NCBI GenBank assembly: GCA_963845085.1
Contig: CAWJQI010000005.1
Coordinates: 288,001-352,000 of the forward strand
Direction: 5' to 3'
DNA from: Candidatus Fermentibacterota bacterium
Lineage (GTDB): Bacteria; Fermentibacterota; Fermentibacteria; Fermentibacterales; JCC-6
DNA: 64,000 nt
Made by a program: the position numbers and the translations under genes. Numbering within the stretch: the first letter of the stretch is position 1; every line of letters begins with the position of its first letter. Below, piece by piece: positions 1-9,389 of the stretch. Below the pieces are notes generated by a model. That model made no database searches. It saw only the letters and a list, made by a program, of their open reading frames with translations, and had not been told where the DNA came from.

Positions 1-44
1 GCGGCGACCGCAGCGATTACAAGAATTGAAAATGCCACCCTCAT
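1..44 (-). CDS. N-terminus of a secreted protein running off the window (MRVAFSILVIAAVAA...)
   Basis: ATG at 44-42 with GGAGG RBS upstream; signal-peptide-like sequence; partial. Confidence 0.55.
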   Translation of the reverse strand, partial: MRVAFSILVIAAVA

Positions 45-60
45 GGAATTGCCTCCCTGT

Positions 61-190
61 GTTTAGCAACGTTTGTTGCGTTGCTGAACACATATGAAAG
101 AGCGCCAGCGTTGTCAACAACCCAGACAAAAGGTTCTGTTACCGCTGTCTTTACATTCCACCACTTCTGAAGTATCGTTGCTGGCAACGA
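61..190. promoter_or_regulatory. Divergent promoter with GCAACG/CGTTGC inverted-repeat operators and a sigma70-like promoter
   Basis: GTTTAGCAACG-N7-CGTTGCTGAAC at 61-89; TCGTTGC-tg-GCAACGA at 175-190 overlapping the -10 of TTTACA-N17-TATCGT (150-178). Confidence 0.55.
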
Positions 191-200
191 AAGGAATTGC

Positions 201-977
201 ATGCAGCGGGAGAATCACTCCGAAAACCTTCCGGAATGCTTCACCTTCCTGCGGGAAGAGCTGTCAAAGGCCGACAGAGCCACCGGTTCCAGAAGAAAAC
301 TGGCAGCGGCCCTCGGTGTTTCAACGCACACCCTCCAGAGGCTGCTGACCGGCACAGACCTTCCCGACCTCGCAAGGGAAAGATCGTCCTATGTCCGGAG
401 CTCATGGACCAGAACCCTGACCAGGATGGCACTCGGGCTGGGGATAGACCCGGAAAGGCTCCTCAGGTCCGCCTGCATCGAGCCCGATGCACACAGCCTT
501 TCACTTGTGAACTCCGAAAAGGCAAAGTTCGGCATGCGGTCCCGAAAGCAGAGCGAGGCAGGAAGCATGCCCGACCTGGCGGGCTTCATAATGGCCCTCG
601 CAGGCTCCTGGCCGGGCGCAGGAAGCGCCCCTGGAAGCGAGGCCCTGCAGAGGCTTCAGGAAGCGATTGCGCAGTTCCTCGTTGCAACCGGATCGACTCC
701 TCCCGGGCTTGCCGACGGAAGCGATCTCTCCGGTGGAAGCTTCTGCCGGTCGTGCATGGCGTCGCTTACCGATACCGAGAACCGCGGCGCATCGGATCAC
801 TTCTGCAGATGGTGTTCCGACGACGACGGCAACCTTCGGTCAGCCGAAGAGGTGCACGGCATACTCACGAAATGGTTCATGCAATGGCAGAAGGGAATTA
901 CGGGAAGCCAGGCGGCCGAGAGGGCAAGACACTACATGCTTGCAATGCCCGCATGGACCCTAAACTCCGGGCTCTGA
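201..977 (+). CDS. N-terminal HTH regulator with C-terminal putative zinc-ribbon (Zn_ribbon_2-like) domain
   Basis: SRRKLAAALGVSTHTLQRLL HTH; FCRSCM...FCRWC...MPAW C-terminal motif. Confidence 0.65.
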   Translation: MQRENHSENLPECFTFLREELSKADRATGSRRKLAAALGVSTHTLQRLLTGTDLPDLARERSSYVRSSWTRTLTRMALGLGIDPERLLRSACIEPDAHSLSLVNSEKAKFGMRSRKQSEAGSMPDLAGFIMALAGSWPGAGSAPGSEALQRLQEAIAQFLVATGSTPPGLADGSDLSGGSFCRSCMASLTDTENRGASDHFCRWCSDDDGNLRSAEEVHGILTKWFMQWQKGITGSQAAERARHYMLAMPAWTLNSGL

Positions 978-1019
978 CCGCCCCGGGGCATTCCTTCAAC
1001 TCACCACTTATGCCGTCAT

Positions 1020-1562
1020 CTATTCGGTGATCAGGGTGATCACTGGAAGGTTCTCGGATGCCGTGCCGCGCGTCGCGCGAAGGTCCATCGAGGAGAGGTA
1101 TCTCCGCCCCGGTGCGGTCCAGCCGTACACGTAAAGGTAACCCGATACCGACCCGAAGCGAAGATCAAGAAGAAGGTCGCCACCCTCGTACTCCCACGGT
1201 GTGTCGAAGGTGAAGACCACCATGCCGTTCTCGTCGGCTTCTACCTCAAGGACGCTGCTCGTCAGAACCTGGGCCGATGACGTCATGTTCTCTTCGAAGT
1301 CGGGACCGATCTCGCTCCCGCCGCTCGACCCGATCCGAACGACGGCATTTCCGATCACCGCTGACTGGTCGCCCGAGGGCGCTCTGTGAAAGGCGAACCC
1401 GGAAATGGTCACGGGTCCGGGCATTTCTTCTTCAGGCACCGCCAACTGGCAGTGAATTGTCGAAGAGCCTCAACCGCCGCAGAGAGGCTCTCCCAGGGGA
1501 AAACCGTTTTCCCCGATCGTTATGGTGCCGGCCATCAGGGCCAGGGTGATAAGCTCGTGCAT
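1020..1562 (-). CDS. Putative secreted selenoprotein (CxxU motif), 180 aa, in-frame UGA at codon 31
   Basis: GGAGG-N4-ATG at 1562; MHELITLALMAGTITIGENGFPLGEPLCGG(TGA)GSSTIHCQL continues in frame into ORF 1020..1445; hairpin just 3' of the UGA. Confidence 0.7.
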
Positions 1563-1628
1563 TGTTCCTCCAGGGTGATTGGTTCAAGGCGTTGGAAAGT
1601 ATACAACTCCCGGTACTTCATCATTCCA

Positions 1629-3050
1629 TCATCCCCTGCCTGCGGGCTCCGCCACGGGCACAGCCACGCACGGCTGTTCCTCTGGCCTCTCCACCAGAAC
1701 CATGGTCCTCCACGGCCCCTTTCTGTATCTGATGAAGTATCCCGCGGCAAGCAGCGCAACGTAGAGGATCGTGAAGAGCCACAGGGAAACAACGGTCACT
1801 CCGGGGCGCCGGTAGATCAGGAAGATGCCAGGGACCCAGAACAGCCACCCCAGACACGAAGCGAGAATCATCACGAACCGTGTGTCACCGGACCCGCGAA
1901 GGGCGCCTCCGAGCATCAGGCTGACTGCGTCGAAGCCACCCCATAGGCAGAGTATGGCAAGCAGCGTGGTGCCCGTCGCCAGGAGCTGGTCGAAAGGCAC
2001 ATCAGACTCGGGGCTTCTGAAGATCGACATGTACATTCCAGGAAGAAGCAGGAAAGTTGACGCTATGGCGGCAAAATACAGAAGGGCCACGACAAGCGTT
2101 CTTCGCGTGACCCGTGCAGCCATCTCGTGGTTCCTCGCGCCCTGGTAGCGGCCGACGAGGATGGTCGTGGTGATGCCGAAACCCAGAAGGGGGTGAAAGG
2201 CCAGGTTGTTGACCCCGAACGCGATGTTGCTGGCCGTGAACTCAACGGGCGACATCTTCCCGGTGAGGAAGACGAAGACGGAGAAGCTGGCTACGTCCAT
2301 AAATACACTGACGGCCGACGGAAGGCCGTATCTGAGGGTCTTCCCCGCCTGGGCCCTGTCAAGTCGAAAGTGGCTTCGTATGGGATACTCCCGGGATATC
2401 TTTCCCCGAAGGGAAAGCGAAATAAGCACAGCGGCGGGAACGAACGAACTTATGGCTGTGGCGAGCCCGGCGCCCTCGATTCCCATCTCGGGAAAACCGA
2501 GCCTGCCGAAAATGAACAACCAGTCCAGAAGGATGTTCAGCGCTGCGCCCGCAATCCCCGCCGCCATGGTTACCGTGGTTCTTCCAAGGCCGCTCCAGAG
2601 GGATGCAGCTCCGGCGTTCAGAGTGGATCCCACCCCGGCAACCATCATCCAGCGGAAATACGCCGTCTCGAGGGAGAGAACCCGTGGAGTGTGGCCTCCC
2701 AGCCGCAGGATCAATTCCCCGGGGATGACCAGGGCCAGAAGCAGCGGCGCTGAGAGAAGGGCAAGCATGACGCCCTGTGCGTACGAGACCGCCACACCGC
2801 GGTCGTTCCCTGCCCCGTGGTTCTGGCTGACGAATGTTGATGCGTAGCCCGCCGCCCCCTGAAAGAGGCAGATCAGGGTGAAGGCGAGAATGCCTGCCGG
2901 AAGCGCAGCCTGCAGTTCCCACACGCTGTGTCTCGCAAGGAACATCCGGTCGCAGAACATCATCGTTGTCTGGGCCGCCATGCCGGTGATGACGGGCAGC
3001 GCTACTCCCAGTATCTCCCGGTAACTCCCCGGGCTCTGCAGTTTGCTCAT
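1629..3050 (-). CDS. MATE family efflux transporter
   Basis: About 12 TM segments; DRMFLAR, NILLDWLFIFG...MGIEGAGLAT and GALRGSGDTR motifs. Confidence 0.92.
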   Translation of the reverse strand: MSKLQSPGSYREILGVALPVITGMAAQTTMMFCDRMFLARHSVWELQAALPAGILAFTLICLFQGAAGYASTFVSQNHGAGNDRGVAVSYAQGVMLALLSAPLLLALVIPGELILRLGGHTPRVLSLETAYFRWMMVAGVGSTLNAGAASLWSGLGRTTVTMAAGIAGAALNILLDWLFIFGRLGFPEMGIEGAGLATAISSFVPAAVLISLSLRGKISREYPIRSHFRLDRAQAGKTLRYGLPSAVSVFMDVASFSVFVFLTGKMSPVEFTASNIAFGVNNLAFHPLLGFGITTTILVGRYQGARNHEMAARVTRRTLVVALLYFAAIASTFLLLPGMYMSIFRSPESDVPFDQLLATGTTLLAILCLWGGFDAVSLMLGGALRGSGDTRFVMILASCLGWLFWVPGIFLIYRRPGVTVVSLWLFTILYVALLAAGYFIRYRKGPWRTMVLVERPEEQPCVAVPVAEPAGRG

Positions 3051-3805
3051 TGCATCGGCACCCGAAGGATGCTGCCGGCGCCGTCGTCAGTCACAAGAAG
3101 GTCGCCGTCGGGCAGGAAGATGATGTCCTCTATCGATTCGAAGCCGGACGCGATGGTGGTTCTCTCACCGCCGGGGTCGACCGCCACGACCGACCCGAGC
3201 TCTTCGCACGCAACGAGCAGCAGGGTGCCATCGGGCGAGAAACGAAGCCCCTCGGCCGATGGGATGCCCCCCGAATACGGCACCCAGGCACCGGTTCCGA
3301 CACTCACCGCAACCACGCTCGAAAACAGGCCTGTAAGCGGCATTTCATTGCATGCAAACAAAAGGTCATCCGATTCGGCCGTAAGCCCGGAGAGCATGAA
3401 TCCCCTGGGAAGCGTGACGATGGAATCGGGCCCTTCCGGAGTCCACCTGCAGATGCCCGACGGCCCGCCTGTCAGGGTCCATGTGTAGTAGATCTCCCCG
3501 TCCGGTGTCACCGCAACGCCCTCGGGGTTGGGTATCCCCCTCTCGAGAACTCCGAGCACGGAAGAGACGAGCCTGCCGTGATGGATGTCTTCGACTGCGA
3601 CAACCCCGAGTTCGGGGTGCCATGCGACCCCTTCGGGACTTTCGAGACCGAGCATTGCAATGAATACAACGCCCTGCGGGTTTATGCCCTTCACTGTCCC
3701 GGTTGCTTCCTCAACCACGAACACCGTGCCGTCGGAAGCGAGAGCAAGGCCGTCCGGGCTCGACAGCCCTCCGAGGAACAGGCTGAAGGCAACCGCCGTT
3801 TCCAT
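3047..3805 (-). CDS. NHL/SMP-30-type beta-propeller protein
   Basis: Repeated PDGLAL/PEGVAW/PEGVAV/AEGLRF blades; start METAVAF overlaps the upstream stop codon. Confidence 0.75.
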   Translation of the reverse strand: METAVAFSLFLGGLSSPDGLALASDGTVFVVEEATGTVKGINPQGVVFIAMLGLESPEGVAWHPELGVVAVEDIHHGRLVSSVLGVLERGIPNPEGVAVTPDGEIYYTWTLTGGPSGICRWTPEGPDSIVTLPRGFMLSGLTAESDDLLFACNEMPLTGLFSSVVAVSVGTGAWVPYSGGIPSAEGLRFSPDGTLLLVACEELGSVVAVDPGGERTTIASGFESIEDIIFLPDGDLLVTDDGAGSILRVPMQ

Positions 3806-4608
3806 CAGTCGGAGAGCTTTGTGACCGAGTCGGCAACCGCCTCCATGGCTTTGGCCGATGGGGACTTGCCGTAGTTGTAAACGAAGGGCTTCCCCTGGTC
3901 GCCCGATTCCACGATTGCAGGGTCGAGAGGGATTTTGCCCAGGAAGGGAACCGAGTACGCCTTCGCTGTGTCCTCGCCCCCGGTACCGCGGAATACCTCC
4001 GTGACCTTTCCGCAGGCGGGGCATGCGAATCCGCTCATGTTCTCTACAACGCCCAGCACAGGGACGCCCGTTTTGAGGCAGAAGTCCACGGATTTCCTCA
4101 CGTCGGCTGCCGCTACTTTCTGCGGAGTGGTCACGATGATCGCTCCGTCAACGTTCCCAAGGAGCTGGACCACGGAGAGGGGCTCGTCACCCGTTCCCGG
4201 AGGACAGTCCACGATAAGGAAGTCGAGTTTCCCCCACAGCACCTGCTTCACGAACTGACTGATCAGGTTCATCTTCATCGGCCCACGCCAGATCAGTGCA
4301 TCGTCACTATTCCTGAGCATGAAACCCACGCTCATGACCTTCATGCCGGCGTGTTCAACGGGAATGAACACCTCATCCTGCGTGATCACGCCTTCGAGCC
4401 CCAGTCCGAGCATGATCGGAACGCTCGGGCCATGTATGTCAACGTCGAGCAGACCGACGCTCCTGCCCTGCATGGCAAGGGAAACCGCCAGATTGACGGC
4501 AATGGTGCTTTTCCCGACTCCGCCCTTTCCGGAAAGTACAAGCACCTTCCGGCCGACGGCATCGGTTCCCGGTGCTGCGACGGTGGATTCCGGCGTGTCT
4601 TTGCTCAT
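3805..4608 (-). CDS. mrp: Mrp/ApbC/NBP35 Fe-S cluster carrier ATPase
   Basis: SGKGGVGKS, DVDIHGPS, WRGP, DCPPGTGD and ENMS-CPAC motifs. Confidence 0.93.
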   Translation of the reverse strand: MSKDTPESTVAAPGTDAVGRKVLVLSGKGGVGKSTIAVNLAVSLAMQGRSVGLLDVDIHGPSVPIMLGLGLEGVITQDEVFIPVEHAGMKVMSVGFMLRNSDDALIWRGPMKMNLISQFVKQVLWGKLDFLIVDCPPGTGDEPLSVVQLLGNVDGAIIVTTPQKVAAADVRKSVDFCLKTGVPVLGVVENMSGFACPACGKVTEVFRGTGGEDTAKAYSVPFLGKIPLDPAIVESGDQGKPFVYNYGKSPSAKAMEAVADSVTKLSD

Positions 4609-4714
4609 GTGGATCTCCGTTTTCTTCTGTTGCATGCCGTGGAAGCCCGGCCGGCTGACCGGAGTAATATACTGCCGTGCCGCGGCACTTCGCTCAAAAG
4701 CGTATGTTTGAACC

Positions 4715-6112
4715 ATGAAGCACAAACGCAGCGAACTCAGGGAAACCTTCAGGATCTCGATCACGGAGGGTGTCTTCTCGCAGGTTTACGGCAGTCTTTC
4801 CGGGCCGGGTTCCGCATTCCTCACCAGGCTTCTTGTGTTCCTCGGCGCCGGCCCGCTGCATTTCAGCCTGATTTCCGCCATCGGGCAGGTTTCAATGCTT
4901 TTCCAGCCCCTCGGCATTCTGGCGGGACGGGGCAGCATCAGGAGAAAGGGACGTGTGATCGGCTGGGCTGCTGCCGGAAGGGCGCTCACTCCCCTTCTTG
5001 GGCTTGCCCCCCTATTGCTGCCGCGATCCCTTGCGCTTCCCGCGGTACTCGTGATCTTCTTCATTATCACATCCATCCTCGCAGTCTCGACGAACATGTG
5101 GATGGGGTGGATCGCCCACATGGTGCCGAAGAAGATCAGAGGCAGGTTCTTCGCCAAAAGGAACGCCGTCCTCATGACCTTCGGGCTGATAGTCAGCTTT
5201 GCTTTCGGCATGTGGCTGGATGCTTACGGCACCCCGCCGACCGGCGCCGGGGCGGTGGTGGCAAGGGTGTTCAACACGGCCCCCGACGGCCTGCCGCGAG
5301 CCCTTTTCTTCACGTTCACAACAGCCGGATTACTGGGTATCGCAGGCCTCGCCGTGCTGAAGAGACAGCCCGAGCGGGCGGAGGCCAAATCAGCCGAAAC
5401 ACTTCGAACAACCGTCCTTGAACCGCTCCGAAACCCCAACTTCCGCCGGCTGTGCTTTTTTGGAGCGTGGTGGATGATGGCGGTTGGGGTTGGCGCACCC
5501 TTCTGGCAGCCCTTCATGATCCAGATACTGGGCATGGGGCTCGTAGAAATGCTTCTTTATGGCGCCGTCAGCACGGCGGGTGCCGTTATCACCCTGTCCT
5601 ACTGGGGGCGGCTGATCGACAGGTACGGCAACAAGACGGCAATGAAGCTCGCAATAGTGGCGGGCACGTTCATCCCTCTCGTGTGGCTCTTCGTCACCAG
5701 GGAAACCAGGTGGCTGCTCGTATTCGAAGCGGCCGCATCGGGCAGCATGTGGGGCTGCGTCGGGGTTGTTACGGCAAACCTCGTGCTCGCGGTCGCCCCG
5801 CGCGGCAGGGAGCAGGAATACTCAGGGCTTTACAGCGCCGTGTGCGGCCTTGCGATGATTGTAACGATGCTTGCTTCCGGCATCTTCATGCCCGCGCCCC
5901 TCAGAATCATGGGTCTTTCGCTGCACCCCATGCAGGTGCTCTTTCTTGCCACCGCGGTGGCAAGGCTTTCAGCCGAGATTCCCCTGGCATTCGTCGAGGA
6001 GCCCGATTCGATAGGTGTTTCCGTGGTGCTGCGCCGACTGCTGTTCTGGAACAAGGTGCGCTTCCCGATGCCCAGGGTGTTCTTCAGATCAGGCAGGGGG
6101 CGTCGCCGCTGA
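4715..6112 (+). CDS. MFS transporter
   Basis: Multi-TM; WIAHMVPKKIRGRFFAKR and WGRLIDRYGNK MFS loops. Confidence 0.85.
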   Translation: MKHKRSELRETFRISITEGVFSQVYGSLSGPGSAFLTRLLVFLGAGPLHFSLISAIGQVSMLFQPLGILAGRGSIRRKGRVIGWAAAGRALTPLLGLAPLLLPRSLALPAVLVIFFIITSILAVSTNMWMGWIAHMVPKKIRGRFFAKRNAVLMTFGLIVSFAFGMWLDAYGTPPTGAGAVVARVFNTAPDGLPRALFFTFTTAGLLGIAGLAVLKRQPERAEAKSAETLRTTVLEPLRNPNFRRLCFFGAWWMMAVGVGAPFWQPFMIQILGMGLVEMLLYGAVSTAGAVITLSYWGRLIDRYGNKTAMKLAIVAGTFIPLVWLFVTRETRWLLVFEAAASGSMWGCVGVVTANLVLAVAPRGREQEYSGLYSAVCGLAMIVTMLASGIFMPAPLRIMGLSLHPMQVLFLATAVARLSAEIPLAFVEEPDSIGVSVVLRRLLFWNKVRFPMPRVFFRSGRGRRR

Positions 6113-6943
6113 CGACATCAGAAGCTGAGAAAGGGTTTTCTTATCGCCCTGCAGGGCGGTGAGTCTCCCGAGTTTCCCCAGTGTCCCGGAAAGCCCGTAG
6201 TAGTGCCTGAACCTGTGCCCCGGGTTTCGAATCACTGTTCTGGGCTGATCGGGATCAACCTCCCATGGGTGCATATAAAAAACGTACAGGCCGGTTCTTT
6301 CGAGGTGCTTCCTGACCAGCCGCTCGAAGAACCGGTAGGGGTACAGCCTGAAGTATCCGCCGCCCGACACCGGAAGCCCCATGCCCATAAACGATTCCAT
6401 CGTCATGGGGACCTCCATCATCCCGGATTGGTGCGTGAAGACGCCTGAGGATGGCGGCCGGCCCGATATTCTGCCGTAGCGGTCATGGATGCTGAAAGGG
6501 TTGAGGCTCGAATCGTAGCTGTAGCCTGTTTCGAAAAGGATCTCGAGAAGCCTGTCGGATACGGAAAAACACGGAGCCCGGTAACCGAGGACCGCAGACC
6601 CGGTGATGTCTTCAAGCGTTTTTTTCGAAACGGTCACATCCTGTCTGAGATCTGCCTCGGAGAGAGCGTAGTTGATGATGTGCCCCTGGCCGTGGGAGGC
6701 AACCTCATGCCCGGCTTCGCTGATCGCTCTGACCAGACCGGGCGCCCTGTCGGCCACCCATCCGAGAACGAAGAAAGTGGCAGAAATCCCCGCTTCGGCA
6801 AACACATCCATTATTCTGCGGGTGCTTGCCTCGACCCTTGACTCCCTGTCTCCCCATGTGTCGGGAGGGTGTGCAGAGCGAAGGTTCTCGGCCTGGAACC
6901 AGTCCTCCACATCCACGGTGAAGCAGATGGTCCCGCCCGTCAA
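6089..6943 (-). CDS. Polysaccharide deacetylase (XrtA-associated type, DUF3473 C-terminus)
   Basis: TVDVEDWFQ, ATFFVLGW, HEVASHG, GYRAP, YDSS, GGGYFR, YMHPWE; probable TTG start overlapping the upstream stop. Confidence 0.88.
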   Translation of the reverse strand: MTGGTICFTVDVEDWFQAENLRSAHPPDTWGDRESRVEASTRRIMDVFAEAGISATFFVLGWVADRAPGLVRAISEAGHEVASHGQGHIINYALSEADLRQDVTVSKKTLEDITGSAVLGYRAPCFSVSDRLLEILFETGYSYDSSLNPFSIHDRYGRISGRPPSSGVFTHQSGMMEVPMTMESFMGMGLPVSGGGYFRLYPYRFFERLVRKHLERTGLYVFYMHPWEVDPDQPRTVIRNPGHRFRHYYGLSGTLGKLGRLTALQGDKKTLSQLLMSSAATPPA

Positions 6944-7701
6944 AGCAGCTTCTTCCCCGTTGCGAGGAACTGCTTTGTTGACTCCCGGTCCGGGAAGGAG
7001 TAGTAGGTCGCCTCGCTCACATCGCACTCGGTCGGGTTTCTGAAATAGCCGTCAAAGTCGGTGAGAAAGTCCACCATCATCCTGGCGCCCTCCCTCTTGG
7101 TTTTCCTGATGGCCTGGTCGAGGCTTCTGCAGTCGCTGATGGAAACCTTGCGCTGCATGAGGATGTCTCCCGAGTCAAGCTTCTCGATCATCTTGTGTAT
7201 CGTGATTCCTATCTCTTCGTACCCGTCACGCATCTGCCAGTACACAGGCATCATCCCCTGATACTTCGGCAGAAGGCTGCTGTGGATGTTCACGCAACCG
7301 TGGGCCGGCGCTGCAAGAAGCCTCTCCTTGAATATCCGCGAGGCGGCGACGGAAATCACCACATCCTGGCTGCGGGCGAATTTTATGAATTCTCTGGAGT
7401 GAATGTTTTCAACGTAAAGAAACTCTGCCCCCATCATTTCGGCGAAACGCCTTGTTGTTCTGCGCATAATGATGGCGGAAGCATACTTGCACGCGATCCT
7501 GACGGTGCCGGCCATGCCGTAGAACCCGTGGATCCTGCTGACAAGCGCCGACATTGAATCCCGACCGAGAGGAACGAGGGAAACAAGCGCGTTGACCGAG
7601 ACGCCATTGCTCCGGAGAACATCCATGTGCCGGGCAAACTCCTCCCAGAACACGGATATGTAGATGGGATCCTCCTGGGTAATAAAAACCACATTGAGCA
7701 T
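6940..7701 (-). CDS. Formyltransferase family protein (sugar/polysaccharide N-formyltransferase-like)
   Basis: CVNIHSSLLPKYQGMMP...GITIHKM...LDSGDI motif. Confidence 0.85.
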   Translation of the reverse strand: MLNVVFITQEDPIYISVFWEEFARHMDVLRSNGVSVNALVSLVPLGRDSMSALVSRIHGFYGMAGTVRIACKYASAIIMRRTTRRFAEMMGAEFLYVENIHSREFIKFARSQDVVISVAASRIFKERLLAAPAHGCVNIHSSLLPKYQGMMPVYWQMRDGYEEIGITIHKMIEKLDSGDILMQRKVSISDCRSLDQAIRKTKREGARMMVDFLTDFDGYFRNPTECDVSEATYYSFPDRESTKQFLATGKKLL

Positions 7702-7853
7702 GCGGGCATTCCTCTCCGTTGGATCAAGGGGGAAGAATACCGAAGTATCCGGATCGAAGGCAATACCCGGCACCGCAACAGGGAACAAATGGGCCTGCAG
7801 GTTGTATACTCCTTTGTTTGCAACCATTTACGACTTCCCCGAAGGGAGCCTTG

Positions 7854-8426
7854 ATGAAGCATTGCCTTCATGCAACGACAGCTTTTGCCCTTTTATCACT
7901 TCTTCTTGCCGGGTGCATGAGCTCTTCTCAACTGGCTGGTCTCGGCATGCCGGCCAATTACGCAAAAAGCCCTGTTTTCGAGACCAGAACCCTGTGGCGC
8001 ACGGCCGTGCTTCCGCCGACAAGCAGCCTTCCCGGGCTGTCACAGGCCCAGGGTCTGTACGACTACGCCGGCATGGCGCTGCTGCGGACCGGCCGCTTCA
8101 CCGTGCTTGATCGGTCGGAGGTCGACCGGATACTGTCTGAACAGGAGTTCTCGTACTCGGGAATCGTTGACCAGACCACTGCCGTTCAGCTGGGCCGCCT
8201 GATGGGGGCCGAGGCCGTGATGACCATCACCGTGACAAGGGTGGCACATGACAGCTTCTGGTCCGACACACCGGAACAGAGGGACGCCGAGCTTCATGTT
8301 AAGATCATTTCCGTGGAGACCTCGGAAATCCTTTACTCGGCCGTCGGAGAAGGATCGGATTTCGAGGGCGCGGAAGGCGCCCTGCAGTCAGCTCTTGAAG
8401 TGGCCCTTATGGGCATAAACCGATAG
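7854..8426 (+). CDS. CsgG/HfaB-like lipoprotein
   Basis: LLAGC lipobox; TGRFTVLDRSEVDRILSEQ...AVQLGRLMGAEAV. Confidence 0.8.
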   Translation: MKHCLHATTAFALLSLLLAGCMSSSQLAGLGMPANYAKSPVFETRTLWRTAVLPPTSSLPGLSQAQGLYDYAGMALLRTGRFTVLDRSEVDRILSEQEFSYSGIVDQTTAVQLGRLMGAEAVMTITVTRVAHDSFWSDTPEQRDAELHVKIISVETSEILYSAVGEGSDFEGAEGALQSALEVALMGINR

Positions 8427-8435
8427 GGGTCTCAG

Positions 8436-9389
8436 ATGAAGTCGTACGTTGCCGCAACATCACTGGCGCTCCTTGTACCGGCCTGTGGCACAACCGTTGC
8501 CAGCCCTTCACTGAGCTCTGCTGCAGCCGAAACCCCCCCGTCCATGACAGCCCCGGTCCTCGAGGATATCATCTTTGCAGGCCCACCTCCCGTCGCGACC
8601 GTTCCCGGGGAGGTTGTTGAAACACGTGCAACAGGAGCGGTGGACTGGTCCGGCAACTCGGTCAGGGCCACCGGCACCGGCGTGGTCGACCCCGGCAACC
8701 CGAACACGGCGCAGGCGCGGCTCATGGCGGAGAGGGCCGCTGTCGTAGTCGCCCAGCGAAACCTTCTTGAGCTCGCAGAAGGCGTCAGGGTCGATTCGGA
8801 GACACGGGTAGAGAACTTCATGACCGATTACGACGTAGTCATGACAACCGTGCACGGGTTCGTGAGGAACGCAAGGCAGGTCGGGCCAGCGAGGTACGAC
8901 TCGGGGACGGGAACGGTCGAGGTCGAGCTTGAGATGCGTATTTACGGCGCAGAGGGACTTTCCGGCGCCATCAGCAATGCACTTGCGACCCCGCAGCTTT
9001 CTCCCGGAACCGTGTCGCCCGAAGTCAGGAGCTTCTTGGAGCAGTACTCCGGCCTTGTCATCGACGGTGCCCGAACCGGCCTCACGCCGTCGATGTTCCC
9101 CAGAATATTCGACGAGCAGGGCAACCTCCTGCTCGACACTAGCCAGTACGCATCCCTGCTCGGAACCGCCGAAGGCGCAGGCCTTCAATTCATCTCCGAC
9201 CTCGAGGGACTGCTCGGACAGCCCGGTCTTTCCGGTTCCCCGCTCGTGCTGAGGGCTGTTCAGGCCGCCGGAGCCTTCGGGAGCGACATCATTGTTTCGA
9301 CGGCAGGTGAAGACGGGGGAAATCTGCTAAAGCAGGCACTTCCCTATCTCCTCAGTGCCGGCAGATTTCTGTTGAGAGTGGTCCTGTGA
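8436..9389 (+). CDS. LPP20-like lipoprotein
   Basis: LVPAC lipobox; VDWSGNSVRATGTG...ARLMAERAAVVVAQRNLLE. Confidence 0.65.
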   Translation: MKSYVAATSLALLVPACGTTVASPSLSSAAAETPPSMTAPVLEDIIFAGPPPVATVPGEVVETRATGAVDWSGNSVRATGTGVVDPGNPNTAQARLMAERAAVVVAQRNLLELAEGVRVDSETRVENFMTDYDVVMTTVHGFVRNARQVGPARYDSGTGTVEVELEMRIYGAEGLSGAISNALATPQLSPGTVSPEVRSFLEQYSGLVIDGARTGLTPSMFPRIFDEQGNLLLDTSQYASLLGTAEGAGLQFISDLEGLLGQPGLSGSPLVLRAVQAAGAFGSDIIVSTAGEDGGNLLKQALPYLLSAGRFLLRVVL

